A stretch of DNA of 64,000 nucleotides from Candidatus Cloacimonadales bacterium (GTDB lineage: Bacteria; Cloacimonadota; Cloacimonadia; Cloacimonadales; JAIOQZ01): the NCBI GenBank assembly GCA_963665815.1, contig OY762463.1:3136001-3200000 (forward strand). Direction: 5' to 3'. The notes under the pieces were generated by a model, which searched no databases, was not told the origin of the DNA, and saw only the letters and a list, made by a program, of their open reading frames with translations. Below, one piece after another: positions 40,139 to 50,035 of this stretch (positions are counted from its first letter, which is position 1; the number at the start of each line of letters is the position of its first letter). The position numbers and the translations under genes are program-made.

Positions 40139-40667
40139 TATAAAAAAGCTCGGGCAGGCTGGTGATATAGTCAAAGTTGCTAATGGATTTGCTCGTAACT
40201 ATCTGCTTCCTCAAGGGCAGGCAATAATGGCTTCTGCTTCTAATAAGAAGAAGATAGAAGGTATTAAAACCGCAGCTGCTGCAGAAAGAGAAAAAGAACT
40301 TGCAGCAATGAAAGAAATTGCGGCTAAAATTAACAATATGGAAATCATTTTTGAAAGAAAAACAGATGAGAAAGGTCACCTTTTCGGTTCAGTTTCTGAA
40401 AATGATATTGTTGCAAAACTTGCTGAAGCTGATGTAACTGTACATAAATCTGCAATTGCTCTTGAAAAACACATTAAAGAAGTTGGCAATACAGATGTGA
40501 CAGTCAACTTTGCTGCAGATGTAACTGCTACTTTAAAAATTACAGTTAAAAGTGATTCTTTTGACGTAATCAAGAAAGAAGAAGTTGCTGAGGAACCTGT
40601 TCAGGAAGAAAACGTACAGGAAGAAGTTGAAGAAAAAGAAGAAATTATAGAAGAAGTAACCGAATAA
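40116..40667 (+). CDS. rplI: 50S ribosomal protein L9 with acidic tail
   Basis: LGQAGDIVKVANGFARNYLLP, LFGSV. Confidence 0.96.
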   Translation: MEIILMNDIKKLGQAGDIVKVANGFARNYLLPQGQAIMASASNKKKIEGIKTAAAAEREKELAAMKEIAAKINNMEIIFERKTDEKGHLFGSVSENDIVAKLAEADVTVHKSAIALEKHIKEVGNTDVTVNFAADVTATLKITVKSDSFDVIKKEEVAEEPVQEENVQEEVEEKEEIIEEVTE

Positions 40668-40697
40668 ACAGCAGATTTCTGCTGTTTATTCCTTTTT
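40662..40697 (+). terminator. Rho-independent terminator after rplI
   Basis: GAATAAACAGCAG-attt-CTGCTGTTTATTC followed by CTTTTT. Confidence 0.85.
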
Positions 40698-40712
40698 AAT
40701 CAGGAGGTTATC

Positions 40713-41297
40713 TTGACAGCTGTAAAAAAAATAATTAATGTAATAGGCTGGTTAGTATTATTGTTCTGTTTTGCTGCAATCGGATTTGGAACAGCTAACC
40801 CTAAATTGATGGTACCCGTATATTTTGTTGTATTTGCAGTAATTTTTGGGCTTGTTCTGCTTTATGTGAAAAACCATAAAACACTTGCTCAGGAGAATCC
40901 TGTAAGAGCATTGATTTATAGAAGAGTTCTAGGTGGAATACTGTTGCTTATAAGTATTCTGGCTCCTCGAAAAGTTATCAGTATGATTGATACCGAATAC
41001 TTCGCAGGAACTTTTGACCTGATGGGAATTCTATTCATAATCGGAGCTGCTGTTGTGATAGCTGCCGGTGCTTTTGCTGTTAAAATGATCAACAAAATGT
41101 ATGAAGGTAATCTTGTTTCAGGAATTATCGGTTATCTGATTGTTATAGCCTTATCAACTGTACCTGCATTAGTAATGGTTAACTTTGATACAAGTTATGA
41201 ATCACTTGGACTTGCTTACTATACAGCTATTATTATGGCTGGTGTCTCCTGGTGGGGATTAAGCATTATCTTCAAGGATGAACATACATTAGGTTAA
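40713..41297 (+). CDS. Hypothetical membrane protein (~6 TM)
   Basis: SD AGGAGG plus TTG; hydrophobic segments. Confidence 0.75.
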   Translation: MTAVKKIINVIGWLVLLFCFAAIGFGTANPKLMVPVYFVVFAVIFGLVLLYVKNHKTLAQENPVRALIYRRVLGGILLLISILAPRKVISMIDTEYFAGTFDLMGILFIIGAAVVIAAGAFAVKMINKMYEGNLVSGIIGYLIVIALSTVPALVMVNFDTSYESLGLAYYTAIIMAGVSWWGLSIIFKDEHTLG

Positions 41298-41298
41298 A

Positions 41299-41595
41299 AT
41301 GCTGAAAAAAACATCTTCTTCGGCAATTGCAGATTTGATAATCAGGATTTGCGGAGAAGAAAACCGAGACCTTATTCAGCTTAATATGAACTGGAAGAAA
41401 ATAGTTGGTAAAATTATTGCTGAAAAGTCTTATGTACATAAATACGAGAATGAACGTGTTCTTGTTGCTGTGCAGAACAGTGTCTGGCTTAACGAATTAA
41501 TGTTAAAAAAGACATTCCTGATTAATGAAATCAAAGAAAAACTGCATATGAATGTTAAGGATATGTATTTTTTCATAAAAGCAGAAAAAATATGA
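41299..41595 (+). CDS. DUF721 / DciA-like protein
   Basis: WKKIVG..IA, VQNSVWLNEL. Confidence 0.75.
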   Translation: MLKKTSSSAIADLIIRICGEENRDLIQLNMNWKKIVGKIIAEKSYVHKYENERVLVAVQNSVWLNELMLKKTFLINEIKEKLHMNVKDMYFFIKAEKI

Positions 41596-42239
41596 TTAAA
41601 GTAGCACCATCATTGTTGTCATGTGATTTTATGCACATGCATGATGAGATAAAAAAAATAGAAGATGCAGGAGCGGATATTCTGCATCTTGATGTTATGG
41701 ATGGACATTTTGTGCCAAATCTTACGTTTGGCTTACCCGTTATTGAAAAAATCAGGAAATCTTCTGATATTCCTCTTGATGTTCATCTTATGATAACAAA
41801 TCCGGATGTTTATGCTGACCGTTATTGCGACCTTGGTATTGATTATCTGTCATTTCATCTCGAAACAGTGTTTCACTCACACAGATTGATTAAGCAGATA
41901 AAAGACAAGGGAGTGAAAGCCGGTGTTGTACTTAATCCGGGAACACCTGTGCAATCCATTGAAGCTGTTGCAGGTGATATGGATTTTATTCTTTTGATGA
42001 GTGTTAATCCTGGTTTTGGAGGACAATCATTTTTACCGATTGTCTATGATAAACTCAATTGGCTTATGAAGCTTAAAGAAGAAAAAAATCTGGATTTTGA
42101 AATTGAAATTGATGGTGGAATAACAAATGCAAATTGTAAGGAACTCACAGAGTGTGGTGCTGATATTCTGGTTGCAGGTTCTTATGTATTTAGCGGTGAA
42201 GATTATAGTCAAAGAATACGGAGTTTGAAGAATGTTTAA
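41592..42239 (+). CDS. rpe: Ribulose-phosphate 3-epimerase
   Basis: HLDVMDGHFVPN, MSVNPGFGGQ, IDGG. Confidence 0.97.
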   Translation: MIKVAPSLLSCDFMHMHDEIKKIEDAGADILHLDVMDGHFVPNLTFGLPVIEKIRKSSDIPLDVHLMITNPDVYADRYCDLGIDYLSFHLETVFHSHRLIKQIKDKGVKAGVVLNPGTPVQSIEAVAGDMDFILLMSVNPGFGGQSFLPIVYDKLNWLMKLKEEKNLDFEIEIDGGITNANCKELTECGADILVAGSYVFSGEDYSQRIRSLKNV

Positions 42240-43554
42240 TGATTTAACTGATCGGTTGGATGGGATATTTAAAAAACTTAAAGGTCATGGAAAACTTACT
42301 GAAAAGAACATAAAAGAATCACTCAGAGAAGTCAGAAGAGCTTTGCTTGAAGCTGATGTGAACTTCAAGATTGTTAAGAAATTTGTTGCTTCTGTACAGG
42401 AAAGAGCTGTAGGGCAGGATGTTCTGAAAAGTCTGGCTCCAGGTCAACAGGTAGTTAAGATTGTTCATGAAGAACTGATTAAGTTAATGGGTGAGAAACC
42501 TGAAAAACTAATTCTACATACTAACAGACTGAATAAAATCATGCTGGTTGGTCTTCAGGGATCAGGAAAAACAACAGCCTGCTCCAAATTAGCAAGCTAT
42601 TTCAGGAAAAAGGGTAATAAACCTGTTCTGACTGCTTGTGATATTTACAGACCTGCTGCGATTAAACAGCTTCAGGTGCTTGGTAAGCAGCTTGATGTTC
42701 CGGTAATTTCAGAAGATACAAAAGATGTTGTAAAAATTGCAAAAAAGGCAGTAGATTACGCTGACGAACACTTGCACAATCTGATAATTTTCGATACGGC
42801 TGGACGACTGCATATTGACGAAAGAATGATGATTGAGCTGCAGGAACTGAAAAGTTTTCTGAAACCTGATTATATATTCTTTGTTGCAGATGCAATGACA
42901 GGGCAGGATGCTGTGACTGTCGCAAGAGAGTTTAATGATAAACTTGCATTCGATGGTGTAATTCTTACAAAACTTGATGGTGATGCTCGTGGTGGTGCGG
43001 CGTTGTCAATTAAAGCCGTAACTGATAAATCGGTTGTATTTGTCGGTACCGGTGAGAAACCAAGTGATCTGGAAGAGTTCTATCCGGACAGGATGGCCTC
43101 AAGAATTCTTGGAATGGGAGATGTTCTCAGCTTGATTGAAAAAGCTGAATCTGCAGTCGATGAAGAAAAAGCCTTGAAAATGGCAAAGAGACTTAAGAAG
43201 AATCAGTTTACATTTAATGACTACCTTGATCAGCTTGATCAGGTTCGAAAAATGGGTCCGTTGGATCAGGTACTGAAAATGCTTCCCGGAATGAACAGCA
43301 AAATGCTGAAGAATGTGAAAGTTGATGATAATGAATTAAGGCATACAGAAGCTATAATTTATTCGATGACACCGAAAGAGCGTGAGATACCATCAATAAT
43401 CAGTGGAAGCAGAAGAAAAAGAATTGCAATAGGAAGTGGAACATCTGTCCAAAAGGTGAATCAGCTTCTTAAGCAATACGAACAGATGAAGAAGATGATC
43501 AAGGCATTTAACAATCCGAAATTCGGACGTGGTAAGATGCGAATGCCATTTTAG
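42232..43554 (+). CDS. ffh: Signal recognition particle protein
   Basis: GLQGSGKTT, DTAGR, TKLDGDARGG, M domain. Confidence 0.97.
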   Translation: MFNDLTDRLDGIFKKLKGHGKLTEKNIKESLREVRRALLEADVNFKIVKKFVASVQERAVGQDVLKSLAPGQQVVKIVHEELIKLMGEKPEKLILHTNRLNKIMLVGLQGSGKTTACSKLASYFRKKGNKPVLTACDIYRPAAIKQLQVLGKQLDVPVISEDTKDVVKIAKKAVDYADEHLHNLIIFDTAGRLHIDERMMIELQELKSFLKPDYIFFVADAMTGQDAVTVAREFNDKLAFDGVILTKLDGDARGGAALSIKAVTDKSVVFVGTGEKPSDLEEFYPDRMASRILGMGDVLSLIEKAESAVDEEKALKMAKRLKKNQFTFNDYLDQLDQVRKMGPLDQVLKMLPGMNSKMLKNVKVDDNELRHTEAIIYSMTPKEREIPSIISGSRRKRIAIGSGTSVQKVNQLLKQYEQMKKMIKAFNNPKFGRGKMRMPF

Positions 43555-43635
43555 TTAAAAAATGTTCTTGACGATAAATGGGAATGAAAAAAAATAAAAT
43601 TTTATAAATCTAAGTATTAAGTTAAAGAGGAAAAA

Positions 43636-43941
43636 ATGGTTAAATTAAGACTAAGACGGATGGGAGCAAAGGATAAGCCATTCTATAGAATAGTGGCGGT
43701 TGATTCTAGACTGAAGCGAGACGGAAAATATATTGAGAGTGTTGGATACTATGATCCTAAAACGGATCCTTTAACTTTAAAGATTGATAGTGACAAGGCT
43801 ATAAAATGGTTAGAAGTCGGAGCTCAGCCAACAGATACTGTACGTTCATTATTAAGACGTGCCGGAGTACTGGAAAAACTTCATAACATGCGTAAAGCGA
43901 AAAACGATAAAGAAACTGAAGCTGTCGAAAATAATAATTAG
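43636..43941 (+). CDS. rpsP: 30S ribosomal protein S16
   Basis: [24 protein letters not shown]. Confidence 0.97.
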   Translation: MVKLRLRRMGAKDKPFYRIVAVDSRLKRDGKYIESVGYYDPKTDPLTLKIDSDKAIKWLEVGAQPTDTVRSLLRRAGVLEKLHNMRKAKNDKETEAVENNN

Positions 43942-43951
43942 GAGAATGAGA

Positions 43952-44182
43952 ATGAAAGAACTTATTGAATTCATCGTGAAAGCTCTTGTTGATGATCCTG
44001 GTGAAGTTAACATTACAGAAATTGCTGGCGACAAAATTACTCTTTATGAATTAAGAGTAGCTAAAGGTGATATTGGTAAAGTTATTGGTAAAAGAGGAAG
44101 AACTGCTGGTGCAATTCGCACTATCCTGAACGCTGTATCTACAAAACAGGGTAAACGTGCTGAACTTGAAATTATCGAGTAG
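43952..44182 (+). CDS. khpA: KH-domain RNA-binding protein KhpA
   Basis: [31 protein letters not shown] before 43952. Confidence 0.92.
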   Translation: MKELIEFIVKALVDDPGEVNITEIAGDKITLYELRVAKGDIGKVIGKRGRTAGAIRTILNAVSTKQGKRAELEIIE

Positions 44183-44213
44183 TTGCTGATTCTTTTCTGC
44201 GTTTTCATTCAAA

Positions 44214-44726
44214 ATGCAAATTAAAGATCTTATTAGAATAGGCAGGTTGGGAAGCTATGCGGATAAAGACGGATTATTTCGTCTGATCTCAGAAGATGGT
44301 TTTCAACCTGACTATTGGGATTTAAAAGATATATTTTTGGTCTTTCCAGATAATAGAGTGTATTACGTAACTGTGAACAACTGGATACGTAAAAACGGGA
44401 AATTATTCCTCGACTTTGTTGAAAAGGAGATTCCCGATTTTGTGGAAGACAGTAAGAAAACTGATGTAATGGTTGATCCTCAGACTTTTCATCTGGCAAC
44501 GGGTGAAGAAACTGAAAAACTCTTTTATGGTGCTGAAGTTGTTTTTAATGATGCAGTAATAGGCATTGTTGATGATTCATTCAATAATAGCCAATATGAG
44601 ATTTTTCAGATAATTTTAAAGGATAACGGGAAGGAAGTTATGATTCCTGATGTTGATCAGTTTGTTGTCTCCAAAACAGATTCAGTTGTTGTAGTTCAGA
44701 ATGTGGAAGATTTGCTGGAATTATGA
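44214..44726 (+). CDS. rimM: Ribosome maturation factor RimM (divergent)
   Basis: IG N-terminus, PRC-like GIV..EVMIP; synteny rpsP-khpA-X-trmD. Confidence 0.75.
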   Translation: MQIKDLIRIGRLGSYADKDGLFRLISEDGFQPDYWDLKDIFLVFPDNRVYYVTVNNWIRKNGKLFLDFVEKEIPDFVEDSKKTDVMVDPQTFHLATGEETEKLFYGAEVVFNDAVIGIVDDSFNNSQYEIFQIILKDNGKEVMIPDVDQFVVSKTDSVVVVQNVEDLLEL

Positions 44727-45397
44727 TATTTGATGTATTAACGCTTTTCCCCGGAATGTTTACTTCTTTTCTTAAAGAAAGTATAGTGGGAAACGCTGTT
44801 GAATCTGAGGCAATTGAAGTCTATCTGACTGATATTCGAGATTTCTCAGGAAATAAACACAGAAAGGTTGATGACTATCCTTTTGGTGGCGGTGCCGGTA
44901 TGGTTATGAAACCGGAGCCCATTTACGGAGCTTTACAAAATCTTGAAGCTGACAGGGAAACACCTGTGATTTACTTCACACCTCAAGGTAGATTGCTGAA
45001 TCAGCAAATCATTAACGAATATTCCACAAAAGAAAGAATTGTGATAATCTGTGGTCATTATAAAGATATTGACCAAAGAATAAGAGATAATTGTGTTACA
45101 GATGAGATTTCCATAGGGGATTACGTGATTTCAGGCGGTGAACTTCCTGCAATGATTTTTATTGATGCTATTGCAAGACTTCAGGAAGGCGTGTTGAATG
45201 ACATTGATTCTGCTAAAGGAGATTCTCACTGGAACGGACTTCTCGGTACACCTCAGTATACCAGACCGCTTGAATTCAACGGTTGGAAAGTACCTGATGT
45301 TCTGCTTTCGGGGCATCATAAAAATATTGAGAAGTGGAGAAGTGAAAAATCTCTTGAATTAACCAGAAAAATAAGACCGGATTTACTAAATGAATAA
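44723..45397 (+). CDS. trmD: tRNA (guanine-N1)-methyltransferase
   Basis: VDDYPFGGGAGMV, SIGDYVISGGE, PQYTRP. Confidence 0.97.
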   Translation: MIFDVLTLFPGMFTSFLKESIVGNAVESEAIEVYLTDIRDFSGNKHRKVDDYPFGGGAGMVMKPEPIYGALQNLEADRETPVIYFTPQGRLLNQQIINEYSTKERIVIICGHYKDIDQRIRDNCVTDEISIGDYVISGGELPAMIFIDAIARLQEGVLNDIDSAKGDSHWNGLLGTPQYTRPLEFNGWKVPDVLLSGHHKNIEKWRSEKSLELTRKIRPDLLNE

Positions 45398-45944
45398 ATT
45401 ATATGTCGGACTCGTACACTATCCTGTAGTTAATAAATTCGGTGATGTAGTTACTACATCTATAACAAACTTGGATATTCACGATATTGCACGATCCTGT
45501 ATGACTTTTGGAGTGAAAAAACTCTTTATAATAAACAGGCTTGAGTCTCAAAAAGAGCTTTTTACGAGAATTAAAAAGTTCTGGGATTCTGATATTGCCA
45601 GAAAATACAATCAGGACAGGGTTACTGCATTTTCTGTGCTGAACTACGAATTTACAATAGATGATGCCGTGAAAACGATAATTACTCAGGAAGGAGTTGA
45701 TCCCGTAATCGTTACTACAACTGCTGCTCGAAGAGAAGATCAGATCTCTATCAAACAACTTAATGATCTGGTCGAAAATAAACCAATTTTATTATTGTTC
45801 GGAACCGCTAATGGATTAACCGAAGATTCACATAATAATGCTGATTATATTTTACTCCCGATAGATGGTGCTTCTAAATATAACCATTTGTCTGTGAGGA
45901 GTGCGGCGGCAATTGTATTGGATAGGATTTCTTCCGAAAAATAA
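45390..45944 (+). CDS. SPOUT RNA methyltransferase (DUF2168-like, TrmD-associated)
   Basis: [37 protein letters not shown]. Confidence 0.88.
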   Translation: MNKLYVGLVHYPVVNKFGDVVTTSITNLDIHDIARSCMTFGVKKLFIINRLESQKELFTRIKKFWDSDIARKYNQDRVTAFSVLNYEFTIDDAVKTIITQEGVDPVIVTTTAARREDQISIKQLNDLVENKPILLLFGTANGLTEDSHNNADYILLPIDGASKYNHLSVRSAAAIVLDRISSEK

Positions 45945-45955
45945 AGGAGGAACTG

Positions 45956-46303
45956 ATGGATATTGTTCAAGTAATTGGTAAAAACCAAATGCGTAAAGAC
46001 TTACCTGAATTCAGAGTCGGTGACACTGCTAAGGTTCACTACAAAATTAAAGAAGGTGCTAAGCAGAGAATTCAAGTATTTCAAGGTATTGTTATACAAA
46101 GAAGAGGTGCAGGAATCTCCAAAACCTTTACTGTAAGAAAAATCAGTAATGGTATTGCAGTTGAAAGAATTTTCCCGCTCCACTCACCAAACATTGATAA
46201 AATTGAAGTAGTTCGTTATGGACACGTACGTCGTGCAAAACTTTTCTATCTCAGAAGAGTAAAAGGAAAAGCTGCACGTGTAAAAGAAAAGAAACGTTAT
46301 TAA
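45956..46303 (+). CDS. rplS: 50S ribosomal protein L19
   Basis: [23 protein letters not shown]. Confidence 0.97.
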   Translation: MDIVQVIGKNQMRKDLPEFRVGDTAKVHYKIKEGAKQRIQVFQGIVIQRRGAGISKTFTVRKISNGIAVERIFPLHSPNIDKIEVVRYGHVRRAKLFYLRRVKGKAARVKEKKRY

Positions 46304-46310
46304 TTATAGA

Positions 46311-46340
46311 AAGGGAGTATATTTTATACTCCCTTTTTTT
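46311..46340 (+). terminator. Rho-independent terminator after rplS
   Basis: AAGGGAGTATA-ttt-TATACTCCCTT plus T run. Confidence 0.88.
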
Positions 46341-46475
46341 CTCATTAAAAAGCTCTGAACTATTGCAGGAACAATCACATTAACGCGCATTTTCAGCAAA
46401 TTTTAAGAGAATGTTATTGCGATCATGCAAAGATATTGATCAAGATGAAGGTAGGTTCAAAAACTGGAGGTACAA

Positions 46476-47834
46476 ATGGAAAAAAAATTGGCAGAATTCA
46501 GATCTCTTATGGAGAAGGAAAATCTCCATCAAATAGTTATTGATACATTCTCGGAGTACTACAAAGCTCTTGTTGGAGGGGAAACAGGAAAACTGAGCAA
46601 ATCAGTGATAAAGGCACCTTCCGAAGGAAATGTTACTGAATATGATTTTCTGTCTAAGGGAAATCCGGGTGATCTGGAAAAGCTTGCAGTTGTAAAGCTG
46701 AACGGAGGACTGGGAACAAGTATGGGATTGAAGAAAGCCAAATCTCTGCTTCCAGTGAAGGGAGAGCTGAATTTTCTTGATATAATTGCTAACCAGATTC
46801 TTGTTCAACGAAAGAAATACAACAAAAAAATACCATTGTTATTCATGAACAGCTTTAACACCAGTGAAGATACTCTGAACTATATCAGTAAGTATTCCGA
46901 ACTGAAAGTTGATGACTGTCCTCTTGATTTTGTGCAGAATAAATTCCCTAAAATCAAAGCTGACAATTACGATGTGTTTGAAGACGAAATAAATGGATGG
47001 AATCCTCCGGGACATGGGGATATTTACATGTCTTTTGCCTTAACGGGAATTATTGATAAGCTTCTGGAACAAGGATATGAGTATGCATTTGTTTCAAACT
47101 CAGATAACCTTGGTGCTGTGATAGATGTCAGTATTCTTTCTTATATGAAGGAAAACGGAGTTCCCTTCCTTATGGAAGTTTGTAAAAGAACGGAAATGGA
47201 CAAAAAAGGCGGTCACCTCGCAGAGGATAAAGAAGGTAAGCTGATTCTTCGAGAAGTTGCACAATGCCCTGAAGATGAGACTGAAGAGTTTCAGGATATC
47301 AAACTCTACAGATACTTTAATACAAACAATATTTGGATTGATCTGAAAGCTCTGAAGGCAAAATTCATCGAAACAAATAATGTTATGCTGCTGCCATTGA
47401 TTGTTAATCCAAAAAAAGTAGGGGAGACAGACGTAATACAGCTTGAAACAGCTATGGGGGCTGCAATAAATCTTTTTAGAGGAGCACAGGCTCTGGTTGT
47501 ACCAAGAACAAGGTTCGCTCCGGTTAAAAAGACAAATGACCTGCTAACTGTCTGGTCAGATTTTTATGCTCTCACAGAAGACTATACATTTATACCGTTT
47601 TCAGGAAAAGCACCTATTGTAAATCTGGATTCCAGATACTACAAGACCGTTGAGCAACTTGAAGAGCACTTTCCGTCAAAAACTGTATCTCTAAAGGATT
47701 GCACCAGGCTGCATGTCAACGGTGAAGTAAGCTTTGCTAATCCTGTAGTATTTACCGGCAATGTAGATATAAAAGCACTCGGTAAAGTTATCGTTCATGA
47801 TGAGGAAATGACTGACGGTAAATACGAGTTGTAA
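46476..47834 (+). CDS. UTP--glucose-1-phosphate uridylyltransferase, eukaryote-like (UDPGP) family
   Basis: KLNGGLGTSMG..AKS, MNSFNT, WNPPGHGD, SNSDNLGA, KKGG, FNTNN, QLETAMG, RFAPVK. Confidence 0.93.
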   Translation: MEKKLAEFRSLMEKENLHQIVIDTFSEYYKALVGGETGKLSKSVIKAPSEGNVTEYDFLSKGNPGDLEKLAVVKLNGGLGTSMGLKKAKSLLPVKGELNFLDIIANQILVQRKKYNKKIPLLFMNSFNTSEDTLNYISKYSELKVDDCPLDFVQNKFPKIKADNYDVFEDEINGWNPPGHGDIYMSFALTGIIDKLLEQGYEYAFVSNSDNLGAVIDVSILSYMKENGVPFLMEVCKRTEMDKKGGHLAEDKEGKLILREVAQCPEDETEEFQDIKLYRYFNTNNIWIDLKALKAKFIETNNVMLLPLIVNPKKVGETDVIQLETAMGAAINLFRGAQALVVPRTRFAPVKKTNDLLTVWSDFYALTEDYTFIPFSGKAPIVNLDSRYYKTVEQLEEHFPSKTVSLKDCTRLHVNGEVSFANPVVFTGNVDIKALGKVIVHDEEMTDGKYEL

Positions 47835-47851
47835 TAATTTTTTTTCATGGA

Positions 47852-47886
47852 AGCCTGTCTCGTGTGAGATGGGCTATTCTTTTTTT
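47852..47886 (+). terminator. Rho-independent terminator after UGPase
   Basis: AGCCTGTCTC-gtgt-GAGATGGGCT followed by ATTCTTTTTTT. Confidence 0.8.
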
Positions 47887-47928
47887 AAGGGCACGTCCGT
47901 TTGGGTAACCTATCGCTCAGAGTTAGCT

Positions 47929-48134
47929 GTACGCAGGCATTGCTGCCTGTAGAGACATTGCATGCAACGTCTACTTTGTACACAAACACCCGTTTGTCTC
48001 AATGTATTTGACAGAACAACACAGGCCCATGCCTGTATGTAAATTCCGTAAGGAATTTGTAGAACGACTTTGTAAGTCGTTTAAGGACTATTGACATAGT
48101 CAACGTACTCCTAAAGTGGCGGATAGAGTGTGCT
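47929..48134. repeat. REP-like palindrome mosaic plus copy A of a dispersed ~110-bp element
   Basis: GTAC-GCAGGCA..TGCCTGT (47929), GTAGAGACATTGCATGCAACGTCTAC (47949-47974), GTAGAACGACTT-tgt-AAGTCGTT (48059-48081); 47991-48134 aligns with 60502-60611. Confidence 0.75.
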
Positions 48135-48240
48135 GAGACATAATCTCCCTAAGAACAAAGAAGTTACATTTCCTGAACTCGTTACGATATAGAGCTCTTC
48201 AAAATTAATAAACTCACAATATCTTGTGGCTAATTGTGGA

Positions 48241-48261
48241 AATCCCGGTCTTTCCGAGATT
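48241..48261 (-). terminator. Hairpin downstream of the small minus-strand gene
   Basis: AATCTCGG-aaaga-CCGGGATT on the - strand, weak U tail. Confidence 0.4.
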
Positions 48262-48275
48262 ACTTCCCAATCTTG

Positions 48276-48503
48276 CTACTCATAATTAATACGTTTTCTC
48301 TTTAAAATGAGATTTACAAGCAATATAGCAATAAATATATAAAAAAGCTTTGGCATATCGGAAAGAAGCAAGTAGTCAGCAAATGCCAGAGAAACAGGCA
48401 ACAACACATAAGGGAACGCCTTTTTACCTCGTTTCAATATACATAAAACAACAGCCAGTACACTAAAGACGACTAATACAATCAGGGACAAATTATGGGT
48501 CAT
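48276..48503 (-). CDS. Small hydrophobic membrane protein (75 aa)
   Basis: SD GGAGG 4 nt upstream of ATG, about three hydrophobic segments with basic loops. Confidence 0.7.
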   Translation of the reverse strand: MTHNLSLIVLVVFSVLAVVLCILKRGKKAFPYVLLPVSLAFADYLLLSDMPKLFYIFIAILLVNLILKRKRINYE

Positions 48504-48720
48504 AATACCTCCATTTTGAAATTGCTTGTATGACGAATGGTGTCAACAAAATTTTGCTGAACAGCTTTTAAGATAAACATTTTGGTACTACTCAGTTCAG
48601 AGTGTAACTGAAACTATATAACCAATTGTGAAACCGTGTCTAAAAAGTCAGGGAAAACCTTGACGATTTAAAGGAGAAGGAAATTTGTTAAAGAGAGAAG
48701 AAAATTTCCGGAGGAAAAAA

Positions 48721-49941
48721 ATGGAAAAACCTGAATGTACAGAAAGCACAAAGATACTCGTTATTAATTGTGGATCATCTTCACTGAAGTATGAGATCAT
48801 TGACATGCCGTCAAATGACAGTCTTGGAAAGGGTTTGATTGAGCGTATCGGAGCTCCGATTGGGCACATCAGTCAAAGAACCAATAAGAATGTCATCAAT
48901 CTGGATACGGAGATTAAAGATCATGATGCTGCCGTGAAGTTGATGGTAAAAACAATCACAGATCCTCAGAAAGGTATCCTGAAAGATATTAATGAGATAA
49001 ATGGTGTCGGGCACAGAGTTGTACATGGTGGTGAGAGATATTCTTCATCCGTCAGAATTACTGATGATGTAATTGATGCAATAGAAGAAAACGTTGAACT
49101 TGCCCCTCTGCATAATCCTGCAAATCTTACAGGTATCAGAAATGCGATGAGTCTTCTTGCTGATATTCCTCATGTTGCGGTTTTTGATACAGCATTTCAT
49201 CAGACAATGCCACCTTCGGCATATCTGTATGGACTTCCAAGAGAAATGTATGATAAATACAAAATCCGTCGATATGGTTTTCATGGAACCAGTCATAGAT
49301 ACGTAGCAAACAGAGCACTTGAGCTCATGAAAAGATCAAAGGACAACACAAACGTAATCTGCTGTCACCTTGGAAACGGTGCTTCAATTACAGCTATAGA
49401 AAAAGGTATGTCCGTAGATACATCCATGGGATTCACTCCTCTTGAAGGTCTTATAATGGGAACTCGATGTGGTGATATTGATCCGTCAATAGTCTTTTAT
49501 CTTCTTGAAAGAGGATACACAAACGATGACTTATATAAACTGTTTAATAAAAAAAGCGGCCTTCTTGGAATTTCAGGAATCTCCAACGATCTGAGAGACT
49601 TGGAGGCAGAAGCAGAAACAGGAAATGAGCATGCAATTGAAGCTTTGGATGCCTATGCTTACAGAATCAGAAAATATATTGGTGCTTATGCTGCTAATCT
49701 TGTAAAAGTTGATGCTTTGATATTTACTGGCGGGATTGGTCAGAATGGTGTTCAGATGCGTAAAAGAATCTGTAATCGTCTGGAAAATCTGGGTATTGTA
49801 ATAGATTATAACAAAAACGTTGCAAACGGATCAAATGAAGGAGAGATTTCAAAGGATTACTCCAGAATTACAATCCTTGTGATTCCTACAAATGAGGAAC
49901 TGCAGATTGCAACAGATACATACGAGATTATTTGTAAATAA
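48721..49941 (+). CDS. ackA: Acetate kinase
   Basis: INCGSSSLK, GHRVVHGG, LAPLHNP, YGFHGTSH, HLGNGAS, PTNEE; SD GGAGG before 48721. Confidence 0.96.
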   Translation: MEKPECTESTKILVINCGSSSLKYEIIDMPSNDSLGKGLIERIGAPIGHISQRTNKNVINLDTEIKDHDAAVKLMVKTITDPQKGILKDINEINGVGHRVVHGGERYSSSVRITDDVIDAIEENVELAPLHNPANLTGIRNAMSLLADIPHVAVFDTAFHQTMPPSAYLYGLPREMYDKYKIRRYGFHGTSHRYVANRALELMKRSKDNTNVICCHLGNGASITAIEKGMSVDTSMGFTPLEGLIMGTRCGDIDPSIVFYLLERGYTNDDLYKLFNKKSGLLGISGISNDLRDLEAEAETGNEHAIEALDAYAYRIRKYIGAYAANLVKVDALIFTGGIGQNGVQMRKRICNRLENLGIVIDYNKNVANGSNEGEISKDYSRITILVIPTNEELQIATDTYEIICK

Positions 49942-49975
49942 AATAAATACCTGATAAGAAAAATAGTTTTTCAAT

Positions 49976-50008
49976 GAGTCTGCTGGCAGTGTCAACAGAC
50001 TCTGTTTT
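49976..50008 (+). terminator. Terminator-like hairpin after ackA
   Basis: GAGTCTG..CAGACTC followed by TGTTTT. Confidence 0.6.
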
Positions 50009-50035
50009 GATGGTATAACACGAAAAGAGAAAACA

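Noticed and set aside
46356-46459. Long imperfect hairpin in the UGPase leader as a riboswitch
   Set aside because: Pairing is patchy and AT-rich, with no recognisable aptamer or expression platform
47890-48275. CRISPR array or integron attC array
   Set aside because: The palindromes differ from each other, there is no regular repeat-spacer period, and no RYYYAAC/GTTRRRY boxes, cas or intI were seen
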